NCBI GenBank assembly: GCA_046536775.1
Contig: JAWDMD010000022.1
Coordinates: 1-6,416, forward strand
Reading direction: 5' to 3'
Source of the DNA: Candidatus Nanopusillus sp.
GTDB lineage: Archaea > Nanobdellota > Nanobdellia > Nanobdellales > Nanobdellaceae
DNA: 6,416 nucleotides
Program-made: the position numbers and the translations under genes
Shown: positions 5,086 to 6,416 of the stretch, one piece after another
Layout: each line of letters begins with the position of its first letter
Numbering within the stretch: the stretch's first letter is position 1
Notes under the pieces: generated by a model
The model's database searches: none
What the model was told of the DNA's origin: nothing
Seen by the model: the letters and a program-made list of their open reading frames with translations, nothing else

Positions 5086-6290
5086 TTTAAATTTTTAAAT
5101 GAATTAAATGGATATATATAATCAAATACATCTTCAATATCTTTTTTATCAACCCTTTCATTTATTCTTTCCAATGCTCTTTTAACATCTGCTCTAATTT
5201 CGTTTAATTCTCCTCCATAGAATATCCCAGATCTTTTTCTTATTGGTTCTAAGGATTTTAAATAATTATAATATTTATCTAAAATTAATCTTGTTGCTTT
5301 ATATAATGAATAATGAGTATGTGCCTTAATTAATACTAAGTCTGTTAAATATTCATTTTTTATAGCATCTTTTGTAATTTCAATTTCCTTAATTAAATTA
5401 TATAAATTGTGCTCTGCCAATATTTTTATTAATTCTTCATTATTATAATCCTTTATTTCTTCTATATGATATATATTATTTTTTGTTTCAATATAAAAGT
5501 TCTTTATTTCGTCATATCTAAATGTACCATATGGTGTTAATATTCTCTTATCTTTAGCAAACAATATATATGAAGCAGAATCAAATATATCAAAACCCAA
5601 ATATATTGATAGTGGGATTATCAATGTATGACCCATTCCAAATAGATGGACGGGTTTATTAGATGGTAATAAAATCTTTGGTTCGATTGCCAATTCTAAT
5701 AATTTATAAAAATTATATTTTATCATATATGGAACAATTGTACCAATTGCAAATATATCTATATTTAAGTCTTTTACATATTCAGCAGATTTTCTTCTTA
5801 AATCAACATAAATTCCACCCTGTATTGCTCCATTAATTAATTTATCCTCCTTTAATTTTATTCCTTCTTTTATTCTTTCAATTGTAATATTTAACTCTTT
5901 TTCAGCTTCCTCTTTTGATTTATCGATATCAGTAGGTATATCTAAAACATTTAATATATCGGAGTTTATTCTTATTTGATATTCAATAATCTCCCTATTT
6001 CTTATTTCTAATTCTTTTTTATAATGCATCATTTGATATGATCCCGAATCAGTTTCAATAATTCCATCAAAATTTAGGAATTTATGTATATCACCATCAA
6101 ATTTTTTTCTATATAAAATATATGCATTTGTAATTATTGCATTAATTCTATATTTTTTTATTGTATCTATTGGTAAAATATTCTTATATGGATTTATAAC
6201 TGGTAAAAGTAGAGGTGTCTCTAATTTTTTATTTTTATATCTAATAATTCCTATTCTTCCAGCCCCATCTCTATGTTTTATTTCAAACAT
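5082..6290 (-). CDS. tgtA: Archaeosine tRNA-guanine transglycosylase (ArcTGT) catalytic domain plus C1 region; lacks C2/PUA domains and all zinc-binding cysteines; 402 aa
   Basis: It is colinear with the ArcTGT family: MFEIKHRDGAGRIG...ETPLLLPVINP, IIETDSGSYQ (catalytic Asp81, nt 6048-6050 checked), NREIIEYQIRI, LDIPT, AIQGG.YVDLRR, KPVHLFGMGH, FDIFDSASY (Asp237), AEHNLY, and a terminal YPF. Pfam family PF01702. Confidence 0.88.
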   Translation of the reverse strand: MFEIKHRDGAGRIGIIRYKNKKLETPLLLPVINPYKNILPIDTIKKYRINAIITNAYILYRKKFDGDIHKFLNFDGIIETDSGSYQMMHYKKELEIRNREIIEYQIRINSDILNVLDIPTDIDKSKEEAEKELNITIERIKEGIKLKEDKLINGAIQGGIYVDLRRKSAEYVKDLNIDIFAIGTIVPYMIKYNFYKLLELAIEPKILLPSNKPVHLFGMGHTLIIPLSIYLGFDIFDSASYILFAKDKRILTPYGTFRYDEIKNFYIETKNNIYHIEEIKDYNNEELIKILAEHNLYNLIKEIEITKDAIKNEYLTDLVLIKAHTHYSLYKATRLILDKYYNYLKSLEPIRKRSGIFYGGELNEIRADVKRALERINERVDKKDIEDVFDYIYPFNSFKNLK

Positions 6291-6310
6291 TATTCTATAA
6301 TATAAGAAAA

Positions 6311-6318
6311 TTTTATTT
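6311..6318 (-). promoter_or_regulatory. Possible TATA-like element (AAATAAAA on the - strand) upstream of tgtA, followed by a TTTTCTT run
   Basis: It lies at -28..-21 from the tgtA ATG (6290), within the 44-nt spacer between the 16S trailer and tgtA. It overlaps the CCCCAAAT trailer motif. The T-run could instead be a 16S terminator, so the role is ambiguous. Confidence 0.3.
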
Positions 6319-6334
6319 GGGGATTGCAGCGGAA
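6315..6334 (-). other. 16S 3' trailer motif TTCCGCTGCAATCCCCAAAT; possibly the 3' strand of an rRNA processing stem
   Basis: This G+C-rich trailer lies just after the last conserved 16S residues. It shares TTCC...CCCCAAAT with the 23S trailer at 394-410. Confidence 0.4.

Positions 6335-6416
<82 letters not shown>

Overview
A roughly 5.9-kb, extremely AT-rich protein-coding block sits between two G+C-rich rRNA gene ends that point toward each other. Sampled 60-nt lines are about 23% G+C in the coding block and about 62% in the rRNA ends. The last ~390 nt of a 23S rRNA lie on the + strand (1 to ~392). The last ~80 nt of a 16S rRNA lie on the - strand (~6335-6416). Six tightly packed genes lie between them. 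(1) 412-1905 (-): a FlaI/PilB/TadA-family secretion ATPase. (2, 3) 1948-3327 and 3324-4148 (+): two half-size FlaJ/TadC-type platform membrane proteins, transcribed divergently from the ATPase across a 42-bp gap; the first carries a ~170-aa K/E-rich coiled-coil N-terminal extension. (4) 4151-4564 (-): ribosomal protein uS19, standing alone. (5) 4588-5085 (-): a 165-aa protein with no recognisable family. (6) 5082-6290 (-): an archaeosine tRNA-guanine transglycosylase catalytic core. The core contains no cysteine, so the family's zinc site is gone, and it stops before the C2/PUA domains. Spacing is extreme: two ATGA start/stop overlaps, 2 bp between convergent stop codons, and a 23-bp intergenic gap. 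The 16S rRNA lacks the CCUCC anti-Shine-Dalgarno tail. No gene has an SD-like motif, and TATA-like boxes sit about 23-33 nt upstream of the start codons, so expression looks leaderless or SD-independent. Unlinked rRNA genes, G+C-rich rRNA in a very AT-rich genome, deviations at normally universal rRNA positions and scattered ribosomal protein genes together suggest a thermophilic, genome-reduced archaeon of the Nanoarchaeota/DPANN type. That lineage call is inference only. I saw no CRISPR array, mobile element or tRNA.
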